A DNA stretch of 55,972 bases from Pseudomonadota bacterium (lineage in GTDB: Bacteria > Myxococcota > JACRCW01 > JAFGSX01), in contig JBDRCO010000130.1 of assembly GCA_043821645.1 (NCBI GenBank), positions 1 through 55,972 on the forward strand. The letters run 5' to 3'. Below, in pieces: positions 47,385 through 55,972 of this stretch. How positions within the stretch are numbered: the first letter of the stretch is position 1; each line of letters opens with the position of its first letter. The notes below the pieces were generated by a model. The model was given only the letters and a program-made list of their open reading frames with translations. It ran no database searches and was not told where the DNA came from. A program made the position numbers and the translations under genes.

Positions 47385-48169
47385 CCCGGCCCCAGCGACC
47401 ACGCAGACCGAGCCCGTCGGGACGACCCTCTTCGTCGTCACCCAAGGGGTCGCCGCGACCGGGCAGCAGCGCCCGACCAGGCCATCGCATCGTGTTTCAG
47501 GATCGCGAGCTGATCGTCGTCGACAAGGACGCTGGTCTGCTCAGCGTTCCCCTCGAGGGCCTGCGCTCGCCCAGCGTCAAGGAGGCCCTGGATCGCGCTC
47601 TGCAACGACAGCGAAAACGCAGCTTCACCGTGCACCGCATCGATCGCTACACCTCGGGCCTGATCCTGTTCGCGCTCTCGCCCCGCGCCCGCGACGCCCT
47701 GGTCGAGCAGTTCCGATCACACACGCCCGAACGGCATTACCTTGCGCTGGTGCGCGGCACGCTCGACGGAGATTCCGGATCGCTGCGGCACAGGCTGCAA
47801 CAGAACCGCGACGACTTTCGCCAGAACGTGGTGAGCAGTGGTGGCAGCGTGGCCGTGCTGCACTACCGGGTGCGTGAGCGTCTGCTCGACGCGACTCTGC
47901 TCGAAGTGCAGCTCGAGACCGGGCTCAAGAATCAGATCCGTGTCCAGTTCGCCGCCGCAGGCCACCCCCTGGTCGGAGACAGGCAGATGGATCCTCGCGA
48001 GGAGCACGATCCCCTGGGCCGGCAGGCCCTGCACGCCTGGCGCCTGGCCTTCGAGCACCCGGCGACCAGGCAGCGGATGCGCTTCGAGGCGCCGCTGCCC
48101 GTGGACCTCGAGGCCGCGTTGAAGCGAGCGCGGCGTCCCAGCCCAGCCTCGTGCCCGCCCGCCCGCTGA
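47381..48169 (+). CDS. RluA/RluD-family RNA pseudouridine synthase
   Basis: VVDKDAGL, VHRIDRYTSG, LETGLKNQIRVQ, GHPLVGD, QALHAWRL. Confidence 0.93.
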   Translation: MTRPQRPRRPSPSGRPSSSSPKGSPRPGSSARPGHRIVFQDRELIVVDKDAGLLSVPLEGLRSPSVKEALDRALQRQRKRSFTVHRIDRYTSGLILFALSPRARDALVEQFRSHTPERHYLALVRGTLDGDSGSLRHRLQQNRDDFRQNVVSSGGSVAVLHYRVRERLLDATLLEVQLETGLKNQIRVQFAAAGHPLVGDRQMDPREEHDPLGRQALHAWRLAFEHPATRQRMRFEAPLPVDLEAALKRARRPSPASCPPAR

Positions 48170-48280
48170 GCGCGCTCGCGCCCGAATCACAGGGATGCAT
48201 CTTTTTCACGACGCGCTAGTCTGGCCGCCGTTCGGATGGGGCTCGCTCGTCGTCTGCTCAGGCCCACGGGGAGGGACGTC

Positions 48281-49366
48281 ATGTGGACAAACCTGATGCC
48301 CGAGATCCAGGGACTCGCCGTGTTGGTCGCGGCTGTACTCCTCGGCCTGCTGATCCACGTCGTGTTCTGGACTGTCACCGCGCGCCTGGCGCGACGGACC
48401 GCCAGCATCCTCGACGACGCGCTGCTCAAGCACACCCGTCGGCCCACCCGGGTCCTGTTCCCCGCCCTGTGCAGCTACCTGATGGCGCCGCTGCTTGCAC
48501 CGCTGCTGGACGCGCGTCTCTTTAAGCTGTTCGAGCACAGCCTCTCACTTCTGCTGATCCTGGGCGTGGCCTGGTTGCTGCTGGCCCTGGCCGCGGTGCT
48601 CGAGGAGGTGCTGTTGCAGCGCTTCCGCACCGACGTCGCTGACAACCTGCAGGCGCGCTCGGTGCAGACCCAGGTGCGCATCATCCGCCGCCTGCTCGGC
48701 GTTGCGGTGATGGTGGTGGCGCTGGCCAGCATCCTCATGAGCTTCGAGCGAGTGCGTCAGCTGGGAGCGGGCCTCTTAGCCTCGGCCGGTCTCGCCGGTC
48801 TGGTCATCGGTCTGGCTGCCCAGCGCGCGCTGGCCAATATCCTGGCAGGAATCCAGATCGCCTTCACCCAGCCCATCCGCCTGGACGACGTGGTGATCGT
48901 CGAAGGTGAGTGGGGATGGATCGAGGAGATCACCCTGACCTACGTGGTAGTGCGAATCTGGGACCTGCGGCGCCTGGTACTGCCGATCTCGCACTTCCTC
49001 GAGAAGCCATTTCAGAACTGGACGCGCGTCACCGCCGACATCCTGGGCACGGTCTACCTGTACACCGACTACAGCGTGCCCCTGGACGCCTTGCGTCGGG
49101 AGCTCAAGCGCATCGTCGAGAAATCGGACAACTGGGATGGCAAGGTGCAGTCGGTGGTGGTGACGGCGGCACAGGAGCGGTGCATGGAGGTGCGGGCCCT
49201 GGTCAGCTCGTCGGACTCGGGCAAGAACTGGGACCTGCGCTGTGAGGTGCGCGAGGGTCTGCTCGCATTCTTGCAGCAGGACTACCCTGGTTCGCTTCCG
49301 CGCGTGCGAGCGGAGATGCACGACCTGCGCGCGTCGGCGCCCGGGCCCAGCCCCGCTGGCGCCTGA
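48281..49366 (+). CDS. MscS-family mechanosensitive channel
   Basis: LLASAGLAGLVIGLAAQ, QPIRLDDVV, GWIEEITLTY, WDLRRLVLP, PFQNWT. Confidence 0.93.
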   Translation: MWTNLMPEIQGLAVLVAAVLLGLLIHVVFWTVTARLARRTASILDDALLKHTRRPTRVLFPALCSYLMAPLLAPLLDARLFKLFEHSLSLLLILGVAWLLLALAAVLEEVLLQRFRTDVADNLQARSVQTQVRIIRRLLGVAVMVVALASILMSFERVRQLGAGLLASAGLAGLVIGLAAQRALANILAGIQIAFTQPIRLDDVVIVEGEWGWIEEITLTYVVVRIWDLRRLVLPISHFLEKPFQNWTRVTADILGTVYLYTDYSVPLDALRRELKRIVEKSDNWDGKVQSVVVTAAQERCMEVRALVSSSDSGKNWDLRCEVREGLLAFLQQDYPGSLPRVRAEMHDLRASAPGPSPAGA

Positions 49367-49409
49367 ACGCCAGACGTCCCCCCCGATCAGAAGAATCACC
49401 TTCTCTGCT

Positions 49410-51026
49410 TCACTCCCCCTCGTTGCCAATGGGTGCCAGCTCGCCGATCTGCTCGACGTAGACCCGGGTGCGGCCGGTGAAGGTCCACAGGGTGTTGCTG
49501 TTGTAGCGCCAGCCCAGCAGGTTGGACTCGCCGCCGGCCACCGTCGTCACCAGCAGGGTGTTGTCGATGCCGCCGAAGCCCATGGCCTGGCCGCGCGGCG
49601 TGGGCTTGTCGCCGCGATCGGCGTCGACAGGGATCCAGCCGTATCCCGGCAGGTAGATCTCGACCCAGCGGTGGAACACGTTGTCGACGAAGGCGTCGTC
49701 GCCGCGGGTGACGATGCCCGCGACGTAGCGCGCCGGGATACCAGCGGCGCGACACAGGGCGATGAGCACGAAGGAATACTCGGAGCACGACCCCGTCGAG
49801 CGCGACAGCAGCAGGGGCACCGGATCCCAGCCGCCCTCGCGGCTGTAGTCGAGCTTGCCCAGCACGTACTGGTAGATGTTGCGCGCCATCCAGTACGGGT
49901 GCGTCTCGCCCGCCACCGCCTCCCGCGCGGCCTCGACCACGATGGGGCTATCGAGGTGGTACTTGCTGCTGTTGGACAGGTACTGATCGCGCATGCGGCG
50001 GTCGATGGTGCCGTAGGACTTGACCTTGTCGGGGTCGATCCAGAACCGGGTCCGCGTCAGTGTGCTGTCCACGGCCATGGCGTACTCGCTGTAGGAGCCT
50101 GCAGCCAGGTTGCGGCGGTGAAAATGCGCCAGCTTCTGCCCCCAGTTGTCCTCGACGATGGCATCGGGCTCGGGGGTGAAGCGCGGGCCGTTCTGGATGC
50201 TCTGGTGGTAGCGATTCTCGGGCAGGGCGATGTAGATGTCCGCGGTCTGCACCGGGTCCGGGCCCTGGCTGAAGAAGTGCACCGTGTACTCGACACGCAG
50301 CTTCTTCTGCTCGCTTGCGAGCAGGGCCGGCCCCTGGGTGACGTTGAGCCGGGCCAGCTTGCGCTGCTGGTAGTCCCCCACCCACAGCCGCTTGCCGTCC
50401 CAGGCCAGGCCATAGGGGTGCGGCCCCGGGCTCGGCAAGATGCCCACCACGTGTCCGCGCTTGGGGTCAATCTTGTACAGCTCGTCGGCGCCGCGGTCTG
50501 CCACCCACAGGTACTTGCCGTCAAAGGTCATGCCCGTGGTCGCGCCTGAGGGCGCCGGCAGCGTGCGCGACACCGTGCCGTCGTCGGGATCCAGGCAGTA
50601 CAGGGTGTCGGTGCGCGCCTCGGCCACCCACAGGCACTCGCCGTCCCAGGCCAGGCCGCGCGGCGCCTTGAGCGGCGTCTTGTACACCCTGTCGACAACG
50701 CCGCTGCTCGGGTTCAGGCGAAACAGCTCGTCGCGATCGCGGTCCGCCACCCACAGGTAGCTGCCATCCCAGGTCAGCCCGGTCGGCCGCAGCCCCGGCG
50801 TGGGCAGCTCGGCCAGCACGCGGCCGGTGTTCGGGTCCAGCTTGAACAGCTTGTTGACCTTGCGATCCGCCACCCACAGCGCGCTGCCGTCCCAGGTGAT
50901 GCCCATGGCGCAGCAGGCCGGCGCAGGCAGCTCCTTGAGCACCTGGCCGATGCGCTTGGGGGTGGGCTCCGCAGCCGGCGTTGACTGTGCTGGCAATGCG
51001 ATGGCGAGCAGCAGGGGCATCAGCAC
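49410..51026 (-). CDS. Secreted transglutaminase-like protein with N-terminal beta-propeller
   Basis: Signal peptide. Five G(L/I/M)x(W/F)DGxxLWV blades. Triad motifs GSCSEYS, HRWVEIY, WIPVD. Confidence 0.9.
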   Translation of the reverse strand: MLMPLLLAIALPAQSTPAAEPTPKRIGQVLKELPAPACCAMGITWDGSALWVADRKVNKLFKLDPNTGRVLAELPTPGLRPTGLTWDGSYLWVADRDRDELFRLNPSSGVVDRVYKTPLKAPRGLAWDGECLWVAEARTDTLYCLDPDDGTVSRTLPAPSGATTGMTFDGKYLWVADRGADELYKIDPKRGHVVGILPSPGPHPYGLAWDGKRLWVGDYQQRKLARLNVTQGPALLASEQKKLRVEYTVHFFSQGPDPVQTADIYIALPENRYHQSIQNGPRFTPEPDAIVEDNWGQKLAHFHRRNLAAGSYSEYAMAVDSTLTRTRFWIDPDKVKSYGTIDRRMRDQYLSNSSKYHLDSPIVVEAAREAVAGETHPYWMARNIYQYVLGKLDYSREGGWDPVPLLLSRSTGSCSEYSFVLIALCRAAGIPARYVAGIVTRGDDAFVDNVFHRWVEIYLPGYGWIPVDADRGDKPTPRGQAMGFGGIDNTLLVTTVAGGESNLLGWRYNSNTLWTFTGRTRVYVEQIGELAPIGNEGE

Positions 51027-51132
51027 GGGGCACCTCGTCGACGGAGCGTACAGGCACCGCGCGCTTGCGGGGTGCGCTGGCGCGCATCCTGCCAGAGGCG
51101 CGATCGCAGAGGCAAGGGAGGTCGAACGAGGA

Positions 51133-52254
51133 TCAGTCTTCCAGGATCAATATGCATTTCTTGGTTGCCGTGTTGTAAGCGGAGACCGACCAGTGCAGCC
51201 ACAGCCCCAGCTCGTCATCGGGCATCCCCACGCCTGTAAATCTGTAGTCCAGCAGGCAGCAGGCGGAGTAGGGGCAGGATAGATTGGTCTTGAGGGTGTC
51301 GCCGTCCACGCCTTCGACATAGGAGGAGCTTTCGTTGTACTCGAAGCGGTAGTGGTACGCCTGCGGATCCCCTGTGGGAGCGTAGGTCAGGTTGGCCGTG
51401 ACCACGGCCTGCACGGCCGTGTTGGCGTTCCATCCACTCATACCGATCTTGACCCGGCAGCCATCCTCGTCGCCGCAGTACTCCTCGAGGATATCCCTCG
51501 GCACCGGGTAGGACATGTTGGCGTAGCTCTGGTCGATGGTCAGGCGGTAGCGGCCGCTGTGGATGGGCCAGTAGGTGGTGGTGATCGTGGGCGCTGACGC
51601 ATTGGTCACGCTGTCGTTCCGCCCCAGCGAGATCACGTCGCCCGCCACGTCGAGCTGGCCGCCGACGCTGGCCGTGGACCCCAGGGTGACCGGCCCGTCC
51701 ACGTGCAGGCCGCCGGCGTTGACCGACACGTCGCCCGTGACCACCTGTCCGCCCGTGACATCCTGATGGCCGCTGACGATCTGGCCCGTGACGTCGAGGT
51801 CGCCCGCGATCGATGCCCCGTTGTCGACGGCCAAGGTGCCGGTCACGTGGTAGTCGCCGGCGGCCTGGCTGCGCTGGGCGTAGGGCACCGAGAGCAGGTG
51901 CTGGCGGCCGGCCAGGGCCGTGAAGGCGCCGCTGTCCTTGGGTCTGACCTGTATCGTCAGGTAGAGGTCCTTGTACAACCACAGCCCGGGTGGAAAAGGC
52001 ACGCCCGCGCCCAGTGTCACCGCGAAGTTGCCACTCCGCACCGGCACGGCAGGGAGCACGTCGGACCACAGGATGACGCCGTCGACGTCCTCGATCACGA
52101 ACTGGAAGTCGAAATCGCCAGTCTGGGCCTCCCCGTTGTGCTCGAGTCGGCCCTGGTAGGGAATCTGCTCGAACCCTGTGGGCTGGGCCCAGGCTTGGGC
52201 TCCGCTGCACAGGATGCAGGCTGCGACCGCAAGGTGCTGGGCTTCCGTGCGCAT
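51133..52254 (-). CDS. Secreted fibre-like protein (IPYQGRL N-domain, beta-solenoid repeats, Cys-containing C-domain)
   Basis: Signal peptide AWA-Q. QIPYQGRL...LLSVPYA, then GDLDVTG/GQLDVAG-type repeats, then YCGDEDGC. Confidence 0.78.
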   Translation of the reverse strand: MRTEAQHLAVAACILCSGAQAWAQPTGFEQIPYQGRLEHNGEAQTGDFDFQFVIEDVDGVILWSDVLPAVPVRSGNFAVTLGAGVPFPPGLWLYKDLYLTIQVRPKDSGAFTALAGRQHLLSVPYAQRSQAAGDYHVTGTLAVDNGASIAGDLDVTGQIVSGHQDVTGGQVVTGDVSVNAGGLHVDGPVTLGSTASVGGQLDVAGDVISLGRNDSVTNASAPTITTTYWPIHSGRYRLTIDQSYANMSYPVPRDILEEYCGDEDGCRVKIGMSGWNANTAVQAVVTANLTYAPTGDPQAYHYRFEYNESSSYVEGVDGDTLKTNLSCPYSACCLLDYRFTGVGMPDDELGLWLHWSVSAYNTATKKCILILED

Positions 52255-52377
52255 GTCGTCCCCCGGACTTTCAGTTCGTACCGACCCAACACTTCAAGTA
52301 GCACACCGCGGACGTGTGATGCATCCTGCAGCAACCATGACGCGCGGTTCCTATCCGTCCGCCCCCGCTCCGAGTCC

Positions 52378-52389
52378 CATTGCGCAATG
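52378..52389. promoter_or_regulatory. Perfect 12-bp palindrome, candidate operator
   Basis: CATTGCGCAATG in the divergent intergenic region, overlapping a TTGCGC-17 bp-AACCAT candidate promoter of the acyl-CoA dehydrogenase. Confidence 0.45.
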
Positions 52390-52477
52390 CGTCACCCCGT
52401 GGAACCATTCCTCCGGGCGCGCGAACCGTACGCCCACAGACAGGCGTCCCCGGGGCGCACAGCAACGAGGTGATCCC

Positions 52478-54385
52478 ATGACCAGCAATGTCTACCTCGA
52501 CAACGACGACCTGCGCTTTCACATCGAGAAGGGGTACGACTTCGCCGAGGTGGCGGCGCTGATGGAGCGCGGCTTCACCGACCCCGACGGCCACAAGAAC
52601 CTCGACGAGGCGCGCGAGTTCTACCGCGACGTGCTCGAGAACGTGGGCGCCTTCGTCGCCGCCGAGATCGTGCCCCACATCCGCAAGCTCGACAGCGAGC
52701 ACCCGCGCATGGAGGGCGGCGAGGTGGTGCATCCGCCGGTGCTCACCAAGATCCTCGACGGCTTCAAGGAGATGGGCCTGTACGGACTCAACCTGCCGCG
52801 CGAGCTCGGCGGCATGAACGCGCCCATGGTGACCTACCTCGCGGTGGCCGAGATGCTGGCCCGGGCCGACCCGTCGCTGGTCGGACACTTCGGCTTTTAC
52901 GGCGGCATCGCCCTGAGCCTGCTCGCCTACTCGCTCAAGGAAGGCTCGGTCGAGCACAAGGGCCGCACAATCCTGAAGACCCGCTTCGACGACGCCATCG
53001 CCGAGATCGCGGCGGGCGAAGCCTGGGGTTGCATGGTGCTCACCGAACCCGACGCGGGCAGCGACCTGGGCGCCCTGCGCGCGAAGGCGCGGCTGGGTGA
53101 CGACCAGAAGTGGCGCATCACCGGCCAGAAGATCTTCATCACCTCGGGCGACGGCCAGCACCAGCTTGTCCTGGCCAAGACCGAGGACAGTGGCGAGGGC
53201 CTCAAGGACCTGTCGCTGTTTTTGGTGCCGCGCAAGATCACGCGGGATGGCAAGACCGTCGACAACGTGGTCATCGATCGCCTCGAAGACAAGCTGGGCA
53301 TCCACGCCTCGGTCACTGCCGCCCTCAGCTACGACGAGAGCGTGGGAGAGCTGCTGGGCCAGCGCGGTCAGGGCTTCGAGCTGATGCTCCTGCTCATGAA
53401 CAACGCGCGCCTGGGCGTGGGCTTCGAGTGCATCGGGCTTATCGAGGCCGTGTACCGCCTGGCAAAGGACTACGCCGACCAGCGCGTGTCCATGGGCCAG
53501 CCCATCGCCCAGCACGAGATGATCGCGGACTACCTCGACAAGATGGAAGTCGAGCTGCGCGGCCTGCGCGCCCTGGCCTTCCGGGCTGCCTACTACGTGG
53601 ACCTGTATAACCAGCTCGAGTGGCAGCTGCAGCTCGACCCGCCCACCGACGCCGACGAACTGAAGACCCTCACGCGACGCATCAAGAAGCTCAAGTGGAA
53701 GGCCCGCGAGCTGACCCCGCTCATCAAGTTCCAGGCCTCGGAGAAGGCCGTCGAGCTCAGCGCCCTGTCGCTGCAGATCCACGGCGGCGTGGGCTACACC
53801 ACCGACTACCTCGTCGAGAAGTACCTGCGCGACGCCTACGTCATGACCATCTACGAGGGCACCTCCGAGATCCAGGCGCTGATGGCGCTCAAGGATCAGC
53901 TGCAAAAGGCGCTCAAGGATCTGCCCGAGTTCGTGCGCGAGGCGGCCCAGATCAAGATCCTGAGCATGGGTGCCCGCGATCCCCTGCAGCGCAAGCTGGC
54001 CCTGCTCAAGAGCAAGGTCTACGGCGCCATGCAGCACATCCTGGCGCGCATCGCCAAGGACAAGTGGAGCTACGTCGCCGACAAGAAGCTCACCGAGTGG
54101 CCCTCGGCCTTCCTCAAGGACTGGGACGCCAAGCGCGACTTCGGCTTCGGGCTGCTGCATGCCAAGCGCCTGACCCGCATGCTCAGCGAGGTCGCCACCG
54201 CCAAGGTGCTGGTCAAGCAGGCCGAGCTGTATCCCGAGAGGCGCGAGCTGGCCGAACGCTACCTCGAGCGCTGCACCCCCGTCGTCTTCTTCATGCACGA
54301 CGAGATCATCCACTTCGGCGACCATGTGCTGGAGAAGCTCTCGCACTACAAGGCACCGGAGGCCGAGGACAAGGCCGCGGGGTAG
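52478..54385 (+). CDS. Acyl-CoA dehydrogenase family protein
   Basis: MVLTEPDAGSD, GQKIFITSG, KLGIHAS, MNNARLGVG, QIHGGVGY, IYEGTSEIQ. GAGGTG RBS. Confidence 0.95.
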   Translation: MTSNVYLDNDDLRFHIEKGYDFAEVAALMERGFTDPDGHKNLDEAREFYRDVLENVGAFVAAEIVPHIRKLDSEHPRMEGGEVVHPPVLTKILDGFKEMGLYGLNLPRELGGMNAPMVTYLAVAEMLARADPSLVGHFGFYGGIALSLLAYSLKEGSVEHKGRTILKTRFDDAIAEIAAGEAWGCMVLTEPDAGSDLGALRAKARLGDDQKWRITGQKIFITSGDGQHQLVLAKTEDSGEGLKDLSLFLVPRKITRDGKTVDNVVIDRLEDKLGIHASVTAALSYDESVGELLGQRGQGFELMLLLMNNARLGVGFECIGLIEAVYRLAKDYADQRVSMGQPIAQHEMIADYLDKMEVELRGLRALAFRAAYYVDLYNQLEWQLQLDPPTDADELKTLTRRIKKLKWKARELTPLIKFQASEKAVELSALSLQIHGGVGYTTDYLVEKYLRDAYVMTIYEGTSEIQALMALKDQLQKALKDLPEFVREAAQIKILSMGARDPLQRKLALLKSKVYGAMQHILARIAKDKWSYVADKKLTEWPSAFLKDWDAKRDFGFGLLHAKRLTRMLSEVATAKVLVKQAELYPERRELAERYLERCTPVVFFMHDEIIHFGDHVLEKLSHYKAPEAEDKAAG

Positions 54386-54449
54386 GGACCTTTGGCGCGA
54401 ACCCAGCGGACTCGCAGGGTCCCTGGTACCCTGGGGCTCTATCCCCGAC

Positions 54450-55401
54450 CTCCCTTGTTCGATTTTCGGCCTGTTCTCGGCCGCCTAGCGGGCCGAGACC
54501 GCGCTGGCCTCCTTCAACTCCGGATACGCCCGCGTTCTGTGCGCCAAGGCCTTGCAGATCATCGGCTGGGAGGACACGGCCAGCGACACCATGATCTGGG
54601 CGCGGGTCCACGACACCGTCAACGACCTGTGAATGCGCCTGGCCATCGAGGTCGAGGCCGCCGATCCCTATGCCCTCGACGAGTTCACGGCGCCCTACGC
54701 GCCCGACCTCGATCCCGCGTTCGGGCCCCAGAGCGCGCCGCCGCTGGACGTCTACACCTACGCTCCGAGCACCGGAGGCTACCTCGCCGACATCCTGGTG
54801 GAGGCCCTCGATCGCAGCACCGGCCAGCCCCTGAGCCCGGCCGTGACCACGCGCTCGGACGATCGGTACTTCATGGCGCGGCTGACCTTGCCCGGTGGCA
54901 CCAGCGAGGTAGGGCTTCGCTTCACCCACAGTGACAATACGTCTGCAGCGCCAACTGCATGCCCGGTGAGGAAGTGCTGGCGCCAGTGTACCCCACCACC
55001 GCCTTTTCCTATTACGTCGGGCGAGTCAGCCTGACCCTGACGGCGGGCTAGGCACAGCTCTGGGGCATCGCCCATTACGTCAACACCGCGGCTCGCGAGT
55101 TCACCTTCGATGTCGTCGGCGAAGCGGTGGGCTGTGCGACTGCCACTTTGTCGCCCACCAGCACGGTGTACGACACCTCGCCGCCCAACTATCAGCCGAA
55201 CACGACCGCCACCCGGACTGAGCCACCTGGTACGCCTTCAACCTCGATCCGGCCGCCCTCACCATCACCACCCAGGCCACCGGCGACCCGCTTCAGGTCA
55301 CCGTGCCGTCCCTGGTTGCCGACGCCCCGACCACGGTGTCTTCGATCTTCAAGGCGCCCACCTGCAGCGCGAACCCGACGCTGGCGAACTGCACGCAGTG
55401 A
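54450..55401 (+). pseudogene. Disrupted gene for a probable secreted/surface beta-rich protein
   Basis: Continuous GC3-biased coding signal broken by TAG 54486, TGA 54630, a frameshift near 54938, TAG 55049 and a frameshift near 55225. Ends ...APTCSANPTLANCTQ* at 55401. Confidence 0.7.
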
Positions 55402-55723
55402 GTTCGGACTTCGCGGGTCGCTTGCCTCGCACTCCTCGGTTGGTTCGAGCCCGAGGAAGAGAGTCAGGCCCAGGGCAAGTTGTCGGTGCGAAACACAGCG
55501 CGCGTGGGCAGCGCCGGGAGCAGGCTCGCGGTGATGCTATCCGCAAGCTCGAGGCGAACCGACACCGGATCGACGTCAACTGCGACGTTGGTACTGCCGA
55601 GCTGTATCCACTCGTCTGCCGAAGGGGTCCAGATCCTGATGCCGATGTCCGCGCCGACCAGCACACCAAGCGAGGTGCCAGCACACCAGGCAGGTCTTCT
55701 CGCTCAGTCCTGCTCGTGCCCGC

Positions 55724-55972
55724 TCACGCCACGTTCACATCCGCGCTGATCAGGCGGGCGCCGAGCAGCAGCGTCAGCGCGGCCGCGACCAGGCAACCGC
55801 CGGCGAATACCGCTTGCAGCGTCGCCCCCCTGGGGATGCCGTCCACCAGCACGAAGCCAAAGCCGAGGCTGAGCAGGCCGATGAAGAACGAGGTGTACTG
55901 CATCGAGGTGCGCATGTCGCGGGAGAGCGCCGAGATGACGGTGCCGAGCGCGCCCACGAAGACCGCCGACGC
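55724..55972 (-). CDS. C-terminus of a membrane protein, possibly ABC-2-type permease (5' part outside window)
   Basis: Frame open from the window end: ASAVFVGALGTVISALSRDMRTSMQY...GARLISADVNVA*, three TM segments. Confidence 0.7.
   Translation of the reverse strand, partial: ASAVFVGALGTVISALSRDMRTSMQYTSFFIGLLSLGFGFVLVDGIPRGATLQAVFAGGCLVAAALTLLLGARLISADVNVA

Noticed and set aside
54630-54632. In-frame TGA as possible selenocysteine or readthrough codon
   Set aside because: The same gene has TAG stops and frameshifts; no redox motif context or evident SECIS. Pseudogenisation is simpler.

Overview
GC-rich (visibly about 70%) bacterial chromosomal segment. Its gene content points to Myxococcota or a related deltaproteobacterial lineage: a CglD-like gliding lipoprotein, a VWA lipoprotein, Cys-rich surface proteins and a membrane Ser/Thr kinase. 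It holds about 45 genes. Housekeeping blocks are rapZ, fba-dgt-nadC-birA, hemC-hemD-hemL, pdhABC-lpdA, ftsK, rarA, recN-tsaB, murB, an RluA-type synthase, an MscS channel and an acyl-CoA dehydrogenase. These alternate with surface-protein and unknown genes. No tRNA, rRNA, CRISPR array, integrase or transposase was seen. The best novelty candidate is a gene at 26254-27174 whose product appears to be a full-domain bacterial homologue of the eukaryotic actin maturation protease ACTMAP (C19orf54). It lies in a small cluster with a propeller-like protein and a zinc-ribbon microprotein. Other points of interest: three ferritin-like genes plus a microprotein after the haem operon, with an antisense-oriented terminator in the ferritin leader; a degenerate lytic-transglycosylase/M23 fusion; a CDF transporter with a metallothionein-like tail preceded by a leaderless mini-ORF; several apparently leaderless promoters; and a multiply disrupted pseudogene near the right end. 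All family calls rest on motif recognition from memory; no searches were run.
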